Below are positions 29,220-41,950 of a DNA stretch of 64,000 bases, in pieces (position 1 is the stretch's first letter; each line of letters begins with the position of its first letter). Source of the stretch: Octopus vulgaris. Taxonomy: Eukaryota. The position numbers and the translations under genes were made by a program. The stretch lies in contig OX597826.1 of assembly GCA_951406725.2 (NCBI GenBank), positions 57,102,001 through 57,166,000 of the forward strand, written 5' to 3'. The notes below the pieces were generated by a model, which saw only the letters and a list, made by a program, of their open reading frames with translations, had not been told where the DNA came from and ran no database searches.

Positions 29220-29814
29220 AGCTTTAACAAGAAACTGTGACTGCCTTGGAACACAGAACTAAACTTCTGAACAACAGGCACACGTCATGCATCCCTGAAA
29301 CTACGAATAGTGCATTACTTAGACTGCCAATAAAAAATTTAAAACTCAGTGACACATACTGAATACTTTTTCTCACTGATAGGGATCAGTGTAATAAACT
29401 GATCCCTATCTTATTGGGCCCTAACTAAAGATAAAGAAAAAAATAGCCGTTAAATGCTTCTATAGTAGAACAACCACATCCAGATACCATCAAGGAAGTC
29501 TTATATAATATGCCTTATTTAGAAGGCAGAAAGTGTAATTATGTGGATGTTTTGGAAGGTTTACTTCTTCAAGAATGGGACTACTGATAAACCCTCAGAT
29601 AACTTTGACTTCAGATCCCAAAAGTGCCCCCACCACCTGTAGAAGCTGAACAGATGCATCTACAGGTTGCTTGATGCACCTCACTCATGGTATAAGAAGA
29701 TTACTCAAGTTCTGATCATATTGGGATGAGTACTGAGTTTTCACAACAATGTTATATTGCATTGACAAGATATGAGGTGGATATTGATGGGTAATCTGGT
29801 GATGCATATAAATC

Positions 29815-30050
29815 AAAAAGCACCATTCGACCGAGGCCGTTTGCCAGCCCCATCTGGCACCTGTGCCGGTGGCACGTAAAAAGCACCCACTACACTCACG
29901 GAGTGGTTGGCGCTAGGAAGGGCATCCAGCCGTAGAAACATTGCCAGATCAGACTGGGCCTGGTGCAGCCTTCTGGCTTCCCAGACCCCAGTTGAACCAT
30001 GCTAGCATGGAAAGCGGACGCTAAATGATGATGATGATGATGATGATGAT
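29815..30050 (+). mobile_element. Family B retroposon
   Basis: Consensus match with (GAT)n tail. Confidence 0.9.
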
Positions 30051-30275
30051 TATCATTTAATGTCTGTTTTCCATGTCGGATGGATTGGCAGAAAGTGGCA
30101 AAACCAGGGGCTACATCAGGTTCTATAGCCTGTTTTGGCTCACTTTCTAAGGCTGGATGCCCTTCCTAACACCAACCACTTTACAGAGTGTACTGGATGC
30201 TTTTTACATGGCACCAGCACCAGTGCTTTTTATGCAGCACTAGTACCTACACCAATACTTTTTATGTGGCACCTT
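30051..30275 (-). mobile_element. Older family B retroposon, tail-to-tail with the previous copy
   Basis: catttaatgtctgttttccatg...ggctggatgcccttcctaacaccaaccact. Confidence 0.75.
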
Positions 30276-30719
30276 GAGATAATTTTGTTTTCTGCAAAAA
30301 ATGAATTGTTTGAGAAGGATGCGATTGAAGTAGTGAAAAAGGAATTACAAGTAGGAAGCACATGAGAATGGAACATTCAAGTATTCAGAACTGAATGCTA
30401 ATTATGTGCAGAATAACTACAGATCATGAGTTATATAACCATCCAAATCTCCAAATGAAATAAGGAAAGAATGGCCAGTAAAAGAGAATAGTAAGCTCAG
30501 TAAAGATGAGAAATTTGAATTAAAAAGACTTGTGGGCTTGCTGGTGTAGGTATCAATGCCAACTCATATAGATATATAATTTGATGTTTGTACAATAAGC
30601 AATAATGGAAAACAGATAGAATGAATCAGAGATGGTGTGCAAAATTTCAGACTATCGAATGAATGCAGGCGCTTCTTCTGAGATTTTGAGAGGTATACCA
30701 AACCAATGATTATCGCCCT

Positions 30720-31095
30720 TTTTCTTTTATTTGTTCATCATTAGATTGTGATGAAGCTGGGACATGCCTTGAAGGGTTCAGTGAAAAAAATTGACCCCGA
30801 TACTTAGGTTTATTTTTTTTTAGATTTGATACTTAATTAAATGGCTATTTTTTTCCAAACCACGAAGTTACAAGGATGTAAACAAACTATTATTGTTGTC
30901 AAACGGTAGTGGGGAGCAAACATGAAGATGTAAACATATATTGACAGGATTCCACACAGTTTTCATAAATCAAATTTACTCACAAGACATTGGTCAGCCC
31001 AATAGTAGACATTAGCCCAAGTTACTGTACAGTGGAACTGAACCTGAAACCATTAGGTTGAAAAATGAGCTTCTTAACCGTAGAGCCATGTCTGT
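30720..31095 (-). mobile_element. Diverged family A SINE
   Basis: aaatttactcacaagacattggtcagccc...cagtggaactgaacctgaaacc...cttcttaacc. Confidence 0.65.
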
Positions 31096-31429
31096 ATCTG
31101 CTGCTTGTTTATTCAATATATAACATCGCTTTGTACATCAGTTTCAAGTACTTTTGAATTTTGGACATTGGTGTTTCAGAGAATTTGAATTTGTCAGCAG
31201 AACTCTTCTACTGGCATTGTACATGGAACTCTCAGCTGTTACGCAATGTTTTGCTAGAGCTAGCGTTTGGAACCAAAAATCTGAGAACAGGAAACTAGCA
31301 ATGTTGATATTGAGTTGCCCTCCCTTGATTTGTATATCATGAATTGTTGCCCTAGGCTTAAGCTGTCAATTTTGAGAGAGTGATGGCATCTATAAGGTAA
31401 ATACTCAATGTTAAAGATGCAGGAACATA

Positions 31430-32270
31430 TGATATGAGAAATTATATGCTATAAGAAGTTATGTATGGAGAATGAAAAGCCTTTCATATGCACTCCAACT
31501 CAGATAAAAAGCCTTAAGAACTTTAAAGCAGACTTGATTAACCTTCTCTGACTCTTTCCTAAACACTTTGAATTATTACATGATAATCTCCTAAAGTACA
31601 CATTCTTGCTGATAAAACAAAGAACATATATGAAACAAGCATCACAACACACAATTCTCTATCTAACAACATCACTAAGATATACAAGAAAGCCAAAATC
31701 ATATTATAAACACTGAAGTTAAGGCATTAACCTGAAGTTAAGGCATGAAACATTTTGTGAAAATAGAAAACCTTGTGGATTACCTTACCACGCCTCACAA
31801 CACCTACATCATCCATAAGGACCACAAACCTAATTTCCCTTCCACATCACCCGTAACGACAAATCTAATTTCATTTCCAGCTTTATAAATGCAGGTTCAT
31901 TAATCTATCTAAAAGTGAGATACATATAATAAGTAAGCTCATCCTTCATGCTATTAATCCTGATGTCAGAAGGGCTACTAAGTTCATTAGTCCGATGGAA
32001 TTCTGGCATCACTATAATCAAATGGTTCTGTGGTATCAACAGCAGAGCAGCTTGCAGATTCACCCCGTTAATTATTGTAAATTTCTACCATTCCAAAAAC
32101 AAGATTCAACATTCTGAAGGCCTTGTACTTTGAGAAGCAACTTCCTAAGATTAGTGATCCCAATGTTAGATTAGTCAAGAATACACTGAAGCCACTCTTA
32201 TATCATAATGGCTCCTACTGAGTCAAAGAGGAAGATAAACCATTATTTGACATTTCCATAGGAGTTACCT
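31430..32270 (+). pseudogene. Fossil Penelope-like retroelement ORF (pre-RT region plus RT N-terminal motifs)
   Basis: Translates with disruptions to TPTQIKSLKNFKADLINLL, ADKTKNIYET (31608), NNITKIYKKA, YIIHKDHKPNF (31805-31837), IIKWFCGINSRAACRFTPLIIVNFYHS and [24 protein letters not shown] (to 32263). This is the motif order of invertebrate PLE RTs (ADKT.N.Y, KDHK.NF, FDI..FYPSI, FDVTMG). Confidence 0.72.
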
Positions 32271-32274
32271 ACAA

Positions 32275-32366
32275 GTGTATGTGTATGCATATATATATAA
32301 ATATACGTGTATATATGTATATATATATATGTATATATGTATATATATATATGTATGTATATATAT

Positions 32367-32410
<44 letters not shown>

Positions 32411-32610
32411 ATATATTTATATGTAGATGTAATATATATATATGTATATATATATATGTATGTATATATATATATATGTATGTATATATATATATACGTG
32501 TGTGTATGTATGTATATATGTGTGTATATATATATATTATATATATATATAATATATATACACACATACATATACACATACATATATACATACTATACAC
32601 ATATGTCTTA
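32275..32610. repeat. (TA)n compound array truncating the PLE fossil
   Basis: Directly visible. Confidence 0.93.
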
Positions 32611-32790
32611 ATACAGATATATATTATTTGTGGTGCAAACATTATCTGATACAGAATTTGATAAACATGCAGAGTGAACAGACATGTTTATTATATCAAA
32701 AATAACAGACTAATCAAATTTCACCATTTGTTTATAGTATTGTCACATACAAATACATACATACACACACAGACAGGCACAAATACTCAC

Positions 32791-32863
<73 letters not shown>

Positions 32864-33049
32864 CACAATCACATACATACACACACACAAACACATGCAC
32901 ATGTCTAGTTGTTATATATGATTAAATTAGTTTATTTGTCATAAGTGAACTCTTCTTCCTTGTACAACTTGTCTCTGAGGTAGAGATAGCCTTGTTTCAT
33001 TGTGATATTTACTGTGGAAAGCAAGAGGAGGATAAAGATACGATGACTA

Positions 33050-33052
33050 GAT

Positions 33053-33095
<43 letters not shown>

Positions 33096-33096
33096 A

Positions 33097-33129
<33 letters not shown>

Positions 33130-33485
33130 AAGAGAAAGAGAGAAAGAGAGAGACAGAATGAGAGAGAGAGAGAAAGGGAGAGAGTAAGAGATACTGACAA
33201 ACAGACAGATAAAAGTGAAAATAATGTGTGATGTAAAAAGAGAGAATGAGCTACAAAGTGTTGAGAGCAGGTCAAAGAGAAGAAGCAAAAAGAAAACGAG
33301 GAGAGAAAGAGAAAGAGAAATAGTAAAGGGAGGAAGGGGAGAGTGATAAGTAGAATGAGAAAGTAAAGGAGAGAGCAAGAAATAAAGAGAAAAAAGGAGA
33401 GTGCTTGTGAAAAAGAAGAGGTGAAGAGCTCGAGTGGGAAAAGAGGAAAGAGAAAGATTCAAAAGAAAAGGAGAGAAGAAAAACA
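33050..33485. repeat. (GA)n and polypurine low-complexity tract
   Basis: Directly visible. Confidence 0.9.
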
Positions 33486-33656
33486 AGTGCTTATGGACAC
33501 CACCAGTGATAACACTTAGATTGGTATGTACTGCAATAGACCAGGGGACAATGTCTCTGTTTTGCATCACATCATCACCAATGACTACAACTGGAATTCA
33601 AAAGTTCTATAATTAAGGTTGTGGGAGAGGGTAGCGAGGTTGAAAGTTCTATCACT

Positions 33657-33682
33657 CACACACGCACGCACGCACGCACGCA

Positions 33683-33768
<86 letters not shown>

Positions 33769-33775
33769 GACACAC
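33657..33775. repeat. (CACG)n-(CA)n microsatellite
   Basis: Directly visible. Confidence 0.95.
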
Positions 33776-34646
33776 GCTTTTAATAGATTTGCAAAAACAA
33801 GTGGGGACTGCCAAGAATGCTGTAATAACAGAATGAGAGTCCATTTCAAAATGAGGCACTTCAAAAAGAGTCCAGGGAGTGGCCCTGCTGTGGCACCTTA
33901 CTGGAAGGCTATTTAATGGTGGACACGACAACTGACCGGCTGACCATAAAAAGGACGGAATAAAGCAAACAGCTAGACAACTATCCATGTTAGCTTCTGG
34001 TCAGCTAGTGTCCAGCTAAGTTGGCAGCATTTTCCTCAGTGGGGTTTCTAATGATGCCAAAGATATAATGGGTGGATATATGAGGCTTAATAGGTATACT
34101 TCGGGTATGTAAATCTCTAAGTGTGTATGTGCACACGCGTGTGTGTGTCTAAATGAGTGTGTGTGTGCACATGTGCATGAGTTTGTGTTTACATGCGTTT
34201 GTACGTGAAGTTTGTGTCCGTTTAAAAAGGTGGGAGAAAAAGAATTAAACACGAACATGTGTGTGTGTGTGTGTGTGTGAGGGAGTGTTTAAGTAGGAAA
34301 GAGTATGTGTGAATCAGGAATGTTTAAATGCGAGTAGTTGATGGGGATACACACACACACACACACACACGCACAAAATTCTGTGGATGTATCTGTCTAT
34401 AAGTGGACATGTCTTTGTGTGTAAATGAAGATATCGTTAAGTATATATAAGTGGATATTTTATTAAATATAAATGGATGTATGACTGCATGTGAGTTGAA
34501 TAAGTGGAGATATATTATTGAGTATGAATAGATATATACTGAATATGAGCTAATGTATCAATTTGTATTGTTGAGCATAAGCAGGTGAATTATGGAGTAT
34601 GAGTGGATGGATTATTGAGTATGACTGGATCTATATAATAGCATAT

Positions 34647-34953
34647 CACCGTGATCACCGTGACCGACCAGGCTATCAGATGTTGCTACACATCGCTGGT
34701 CACAATGCGCTTCGCATTGTTTTAGCCTCCAAATGACGCCACCTCGCTGGCTAAGCGAGCAGGCCAACAGAAGAAAGAGTGAAAGAAAGTTGTGGTGAAA
34801 GAGTACAGCAGGGATCGCCACCCCCTGCTGGAGCTTCGTGGAGCTTTAGGTATTTTTCGCTCAATAAACACTCACAACGCCCGGTCTGGGAATCTAAACC
34901 GCGATCCTACGACCGCGAGTCCGCTGCCCTAACCACTGGGCCATTGTGCCTAT
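34647..34953 (-). mobile_element. Family D tRNA-derived SINE, full length, with 9-bp TSD
   Basis: Minus strand ggcacaaTGGCCCAGTGGttagggcagcggactcgcggtcgtaggatcgcGGTTTAGATTCCC; tail (tcacggtga)2; ATAGCATAT at 34638-34646 and 34954-34962; CpG-rich. Confidence 0.85.
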
Positions 34954-35179
34954 ATAGCATATATAGGGCTGTAAATATGCAAATAATAATTAAGGAGCTA
35001 AGAATATGTACACAAGCATACTAATGCAGACCCACAAAATATGTATATATCTATGTGAATGTTATGTATTTAAAGATATCTAAATATATATTTTACACAC
35101 AAGCACATATATATTATGGGCCTGTGTGTATGTATGTATTTGTATGTGCATATTTCTATGCATTTATTTGTAAGTATAT

Positions 35180-35600
35180 CGAAATTGATCAACATCAATG
35201 GAAATTGCAGCTGTGATACCAGTGCCGGTGGCACATAAGTGAACCATCCGAACGTGGCCATTGCCAGCGCCGCCCTGACGGGCCTTCATGCCGGTGGCAC
35301 ATAAAAAGCACCATCCAATCGTGTCTGTTACCAGCCTCGCCTGGCCCCTGTGCCAGTGGCACGTAAAAAGCACCATCTAACCGTGGCTGTTTGCCAGCCC
35401 TGTCTGGCACCTGTGCAGGTGGCACGTAAAAAGCACCCACTACACTCACGAAGTGGTTGGTGTTAGGAAGGGCATCCAGCTGTAGAAACATTGCCAGATC
35501 AGACTGGGCCTGGTGCAGCCTTCTGGCCTCCCAAACCCCAGTTGAACCGTCCAGCCCATGCTAGCATGGAAAGCGGACGTTAAATGATGATGATGATGAT
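35180..35600 (+). mobile_element. Longest family B retroposon (four hairpin subrepeats)
   Basis: RTGCM-nnn-GGCAC at 35222, 35288, 35350 and 35413; (GAT)n tail. Confidence 0.9.
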
Positions 35601-36449
35601 ATGTATGTTTTAAAAAAGGTGAAGAACAGTGTATGAATGTTTATATCTTTGTAAATGTGTGAATGTGCATGTGCATGAGTGTAAGAGATATGGGGGGCAT
35701 AAATGCTCAAACTCATGCATACACACTATATGCATGTGTAATCACATATGATTTCTGGTAACATCTTTTATTGTAATGACTTAGTCAGGGATGTTCAAGC
35801 ATTGTTTAGATTTTTTTTAGAAACTTAGAGATTGGGGAGAAAGAAAAAGAGAAACTTATCATTAAGTTGGGAACTTTTGCACAAATGCTTACTTCAGAAT
35901 AGGGGACTCTGCTGAAGTATCCAAGGGCTAGGTGGCAGGGTTAAACTGAGCAATGGGTGATGTTTGAGGGTGTGTAAATAATTTGTCTTGGAGTTTTCTT
36001 CGAAGCGTATCAGTTTGCATCAGTAGTGTGTTATGTCAAAGTGTGGATGCATGTGTACATATTGTTGTGTGTGTATGTTAATACTTATGTGTGTGTGTGT
36101 GACTGAGTATGTGCTTGTATACATATGAATGTGTTTGTAGGTGTGCATGTGTAAGTATATAGGTGTGTGAGTGTGTGTGTGTATGTGTGTGTCTGGAATG
36201 AAATTGTCTTAGGAAATGCAAGTGCGCAAGTGTGTGTGTGTGTGTGTGTGAATATGTATGGATATAAAAAGGAGTATGTATAAGGGTGAAAGTGTGTGTT
36301 TGAATGAATGAGTGAATATGAGTGAGAGTGTATGTAAATGAGAATGTGAGAGCATATGTAACTAGCAACCATTAATTCTTCCAATTAAGTAACTAGAGCT
36401 TGAAGACAGTCGGAAGTGGACAGTGCCACAGACTACTCCAGCATTGTTA

Positions 36450-36810
36450 AAAACCACCACCACCAACACCACCACCAACACCACCGCCATAAGCAACACA
36501 CCATCATAATCAACAAAACTCCACCACCTGTCACCATCATTATAACCACCACCACCACCACCTTCACAATTTCATCATTACAACCACCATTTCCACTCCA
36601 GTCGCTACCACCAGTTACTATCATCATCATCGTCATCATCATCATCATCATCATCATTGTCAGCATCTTTGGCAACACAATTATTGCCTCCATCAAAATT
36701 ATCTTGCTTCCCCAACAACTGTAACTACCACTACCACTACCACTTACTCCACTCCACCATAAGCTTCATCATCACTCCAAAAATCGCTGTCACTACTACT
36801 ACTACTACTT

Positions 36811-36868
<58 letters not shown>

Positions 36869-36907
36869 CACCACCACCATCACCACTACCACCACCACTA
36901 CCACCAA

Positions 36908-36966
<59 letters not shown>

Positions 36967-37280
36967 AACAACATTACCAACTCCACTGTTGCCACAATCA
37001 CCCCAACAATGACTAACACCATCATCACAACCTCAGCTACAACCAGTACCATCACAATGTTTTGTAATTAGACCACCATCACCACCACCACCACAGAATA
37101 ATACCACTATATAACATAACCATAAGAAGGGAGGCTGTAATATGGTCATTTGAGCTACTAAAAATAGTAGCCTAATCTCTGGATAATGTGTCCCAGAGAC
37201 ACTGTTTCGATAAGATGGTGTGACCATGGCTGGAAAGCCTTTGATTGTAAGACTGCTCAACCAGAGCTGACCAGAAGCTA

Positions 37281-37361
<81 letters not shown>

Positions 37362-38260
37362 GATAACCACTAGTACTAAAATCTCTTATGATAAACAGGC
37401 AAACCTAACCAAGGTGAGGTTGCATCACCATGGCCATCACCATCACTAAGAACGCCAACAACGACAACATCAGCTCCTTAAACTCATGCCACAAGGAACA
37501 TGACAAGAATGTTAACAACTGCAACCACAACAATAACATCTTCTCAATTTGCACAACAGCCACAACAAAATCTCTACATTAAATCCCCACAACAATCACA
37601 GGAATATCCTTTCAACCCCTCAACCACCACCACCACAACAACAACACCCTCTCAACCACCACAACCACCGTCACTACCACCCCCTCCACAACAACAATCA
37701 CAGTAACATCCTTTCCACCACAACCACCACCACAACAACAACACCAACAACAACAGTAACATCCTCTCAACCACCACCACCAACCACCACCACCACCACC
37801 ACCACCATCACCACAACAACACCACCCTCTCAACCACCACAACCACAGTCACTACCACCACCACCGTCACTACCACCACCACCACCACATATTCTCAACC
37901 ACCACAACCATCATCACTACCACTGTCACTACCACCACCTCCACAACAACAACCATAGTAACATCCTCTCCACCACCACCACCACAACAACAACAACAGT
38001 AACACCCTCTCAACCACCACCACCACCACCACCGATTTGAGAGGGACTCTGCATTAACCACCACAACCACCACAAGAATATCAATTCAGACTCCACAACC
38101 ACTACCACCATCACCACAACCACCACTACAACAGGAACCCTATATTAACAATCTCCACCACTACCACTACAGTAACATCAATTCTGCCTCCACAGTCACC
38201 ACCACCACCACCACCACCATTAAACCCCGCACCAGCACTATCCATCCATCCATCTATCCA
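36450..38260. repeat. (ACC/ACT/AAC)n low-complexity region with higher-order duplicated units at 37600-38035
   Basis: caccctctcaaccaccacaaccac and cagtaacatcctct recur several times. Confidence 0.8.
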
Positions 38261-38801
38261 TCCGACCACCCCATAACATCCTTTATCCATCTTTATTTGT
38301 TTTTAAATAGAAGACCTTTCTCCTCCTTAAAGGTCCACATGGGTTGTATGCAGAACTACCAGGGGAGAATGGAGTAACTATTATAGATAGGAGCGTGGAA
38401 GGGAGGGAACTGATTTGGGAAGAAATATTGGGGTGGAAGAAGGGATGGGTAATTGTTGTGGTGGTGGTGGTGGTGGTGGTGGTGTGGGGGGACAGGGGGA
38501 GAAGTTAGAGACTAAGGATGGGGAAGAGAGAGAGAGAGAGAGAGAGGAATCTGGAAACAGCAGCAGGGTTGTAATAATTGGAAGAGAATGTAAACTGAAT
38601 TAGAAGAAGACACGTGTGTAATGTGCATGTGTATATATGTGTGTATATTGTGTAATCTGTGTGTGTGCCACAAGCTGGCAGAATGTTGTATATGCATTTC
38701 AATTATATGTATAGTAATTATATGATAGTTATTTATGTTTCTGAGTGTGTGAGCATTTGCATGTATGTGTATATGTGTGTGTGTGTGTGTATACACACAT
38801 G

Positions 38802-38853
<52 letters not shown>

Positions 38854-38954
38854 CATATATATTTGTACACATACACACACACACATATATATATGTACAC
38901 ATACACATATATATTTGTACACACACACACACATATATATATATGTACACATAC

Positions 38955-38985
<31 letters not shown>

Positions 38986-39062
38986 CACACATATATATAG
39001 TTGCATTTGTATTTCTGGGACAGAGAAAGAGACATGCATGTGTCAGTGACAAAAAGAAAATT

Positions 39063-39109
<47 letters not shown>

Positions 39110-39229
39110 GTGTGTGTGTGTGCATATGCAATATATATATATGTATATATTATGTGTGTGTGTGTGTGAGTGTGTGTGTGAGTGTTTTTAAATAAGAACA
39201 TCTTTGAGGCAGAAGCAGAAGGAGTAGAA

Positions 39230-39865
39230 GACCATAAGATGGCCCAAGTGAAGGAGAGTGATAAAAAGGAGAGGAGAGAGAAAGCATACAGAAGAAAGCA
39301 AGGAGTGATGGAGGGCAGGAGAGAAGGAAAGGAATATAGAAGAGGATGTGAGAATAGGTTGGAGGTAAAAGTATTAGGAGAGGCAGAGAAATCATGGAGA
39401 AAGAGAAAGTAGTAAAAAAGAGGAGAGAAAGAGTGTTAAGGAAAGAGCAAAGGATGAGTGGTCAGAGAGAGAGAGTGAGAGGAGAGAGAGTCTGGGGAAA
39501 ATAGAGTGTAAAAGGGGACGATAAAGAGGATAGGGTTAGTGAGAAGGAGAGGAAAGAATGAAGGAAGGTAAATGCAATAAAGATAGAAATAAAGAAAATT
39601 TAATAGAGAGGGAAAGAGAGGAAAACTGAGAGATAGAGAAGTGATGGTGAGAAAGGGAAAGAAAAGTGAAAGTACAGAAAGAAGAGAGAGAGGGAGCGAG
39701 AGAGAGAGAGAGAGAGAGAGGAAGAAGTTAGAGTGTGGAACCATAGAAAGATTGAAAGTGAGTAGAGAGACAAATAGAAGAGACAGAGAGAGAAAAGAAA
39801 CAGGTAAAAGATAGTGAGAAAAAGAGGCAGGCAGGGAAAGAGAGAGGGGGAGAAGAGAGAGGGGA

Positions 39866-39919
<54 letters not shown>

Positions 39920-39920
39920 A
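39230..39920. repeat. Polypurine (GA-rich) tract, about 700 bp
   Basis: Directly visible. Confidence 0.85.
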
Positions 39921-40440
39921 GTTCCACTGAAAGTGACAGAGTCGAGTGTGTGACTCAGAGATGGTGTCAGAAATAGCAAAATGCTATTTAATACTTTAAT
40001 TATGCAAGGTTATTACTACGTGTGTGCACAATTAGCTGTGCAGCAAAATATGCATTTCAGTTAAACAGGGGGCAATATTAATGGCTAAAGTACAGCCGCT
40101 CAGAACACTTGGGGGAGATGGTTAGTAATTTATAACGATTACTGCACAATGCTGACGCAATTGCTGCTATTGAATTATTACTACCAATGCCCTAATGCTA
40201 TTACTATTGTCATTATTATCATTATTATTATTATTATTACTATTATTATTATTATTGTAAAGGTGCTAATGCATGCTACCACTCTACTAGTTAACTTTGC
40301 ACCACAAAGGAGCGACTTCAACAGTACAACTTCAGTACTGCATTCTTCAAAGTTGCTTGATTGATTTCGTTGACACCTCTCACTTACAAACATCATCTTA
40401 GCAGCTGAGAAAGCCAATGAAAGTGCTTGAATATGATCTC

Positions 40441-40615
40441 TCAACCTGCTGGAGATGGTAACTAAACTTCCATCAAATCACACTTTGTCATCTTACATAC
40501 AACAGCAAAAAATTTATATTGATTACACCTTGCCTGAATATAAGATAATGTGATCACAATGGGAACACCTTTGACCACAGATCTGCTGGATCAGGCGTTG
40601 ACATGGAGTTAGATA
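40441..40615 (+). mobile_element. Family E dispersed repeat
   Basis: tcaacctgctggagatggtaactaaac..tcaaatcacac...ctttgaccacagatctgctggatcagg. Confidence 0.55.
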
Positions 40616-41019
40616 TTAAAAATCTTAATAGTCCAGTAAAAACCAAAGCATGGTGTTTAGAAAAACCTGGAGAGGATTTAATCCCATGGGTGTAAGTAAA
40701 CTGTAAAACCAAAGATCAAGAGTTGCTGGCAATGCAGCGAAATTTTTAATGATTCCTGCCATGCCTGTAGAAAGTCAGAAAATTGTAGAAAGAAGAGTAG
40801 AGAAGAGTAAATAGGATCCACCCCAACATATTTGTTTTAGCGACCCTATGTGGCTGAAATATAGAATCAACCTTGGAAAGATTTGAACTTGGAGTGTAAT
40901 GTATTGAAACTAAATAGTATAGAACCTTTCTAAATCTAGATATTTACCATTTCTGGCATTCTTCCACCTTATTAAAAAAAAAATAATAACATCAGATGCA
41001 AAAAAAGGAAGCAAAAATT

Positions 41020-41340
41020 GCCAACAAAAAAGTGGAAATGATTTCCAAAAATGCTGAGTTAGCAGCAGAAATCTCAAGAATGTGGGAATGTCCAGTAGTA
41101 AAAGTAGAAGTCATTCCAATTATCATCGGTGAATTAGATTCTATCCCCCATAATTAATGCATCACCAAGAATGGTTTAGAATCAAGACGAGATATGTGAG
41201 TGGTCAAAAATCTAACCTCCTTAGAACAGCTCATATTCTTAGAAAAGTACAACATTTGATAAGGTTTGACAGGTAGTTTGAAGAAAAAAAAAACCCTAAA
41301 GATTTTATACCCAGAGCATGTAATGAAGAATAACAAAAAT
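41020..41340 (+). pseudogene. 3' end of an R4/Dong/NeSL-type non-LTR retrotransposon (restriction-like endonuclease C-terminus)
   Basis: ISKNAELAAEISRMWECPVVKVEVIPIIIGELDSIP (41041-41148) and QKSNLLRTAHILRKV (41205-41249) match K..KY.DL..EI.RMW....V.P..IGALG and QK..LLGTA.ILRKVL. Confidence 0.72.
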
Positions 41341-41496
41341 AACTGTTTTCAATTTAGGCACAAGGCTAGCATTTTTGAAGGGAAAGGATACTTGATACCA
41401 TTGACCCTGAAAGGGATGGGAAGTTAAATTGGTCATGAACAAATACTGCCAAATAATTTTTCCAGTGCTCTAACAACCCTACTGATTCATTGCAAT

Positions 41497-41509
41497 ACTA
41501 ATGATAATG

Positions 41510-41542
<33 letters not shown>

Positions 41543-41545
41543 GTA

Positions 41546-41610
<65 letters not shown>
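41497..41610. repeat. (AAT)n array
   Basis: Directly visible. Confidence 0.95.
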
Positions 41611-41611
<1 letters not shown>

Positions 41612-41613
<2 letters not shown>

Positions 41614-41950
41614 GTCTACTAAACGCACAAGGCCTGAAATTTGGGGTACTTATTTATTGACTCCGAAAGGATGAAAGGCAAAGTTGACCCCGGCAGAATT
41701 TTAACTCAGAACTGAACATTCTGCCCAACTTGCAAACAATTCTGACAGTTCAATGCCCAACATAATAATAATAATAATAATAATCCTTTCTACATCAACT
41801 CCAGTGCTCGACTAGTACTTATTTTATCAACCCCCAATGGATGAAAAGCAAAGTTGAACTTAGTGGAGGCTGAACTCAGATTCTAAAATGTTGGAAGTAA
41901 TGTGGTTAAGCATTTTGCTCAGCATGCTGTTTCTGCTTGCTCACTGCCCT
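41612..41950 (-). mobile_element. Two diverged family C SINE copies in tandem (41612-41760, 41785-41950)
   Basis: gtacttatttt...ccgaaaggatgaaaggcaaagttgac...aactcagaa, seen twice. Confidence 0.7.

Larger units (their letters stand above)
29330..30603 (+). pseudogene. Fossil Ty1/copia reverse transcriptase (RVT_2-like) fragment with stops and frameshifts, interrupted by two family B elements
   Basis: Manual translation gives HL*KLNRCIYRLLDAPHSWYKKITQVLIILG*...GNLVMHI (29634-29810), then DNFVF...NELFEKDAIEVVKKELQVGS...GTFKY (from 30278) and KLSKDEKFELKRLVGLLV*VSMPTHIDI*FDVCTIS (30481-30600). These match copia motifs KL.K..YGL.DA.R.WY, HVDD and L.W....TRPDI.F.V. Confidence 0.75.

Noticed and set aside
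34880-34950. tRNA gene
   Set aside because: A/B boxes are present but the acceptor stem does not close; it continues into a SINE body with tail and TSD.
37549-38040. Mucin-like Thr/Pro/His-rich ORFs
   Set aside because: (ACC/AAC)n low complexity, open in multiple frames, with no splice or start context.
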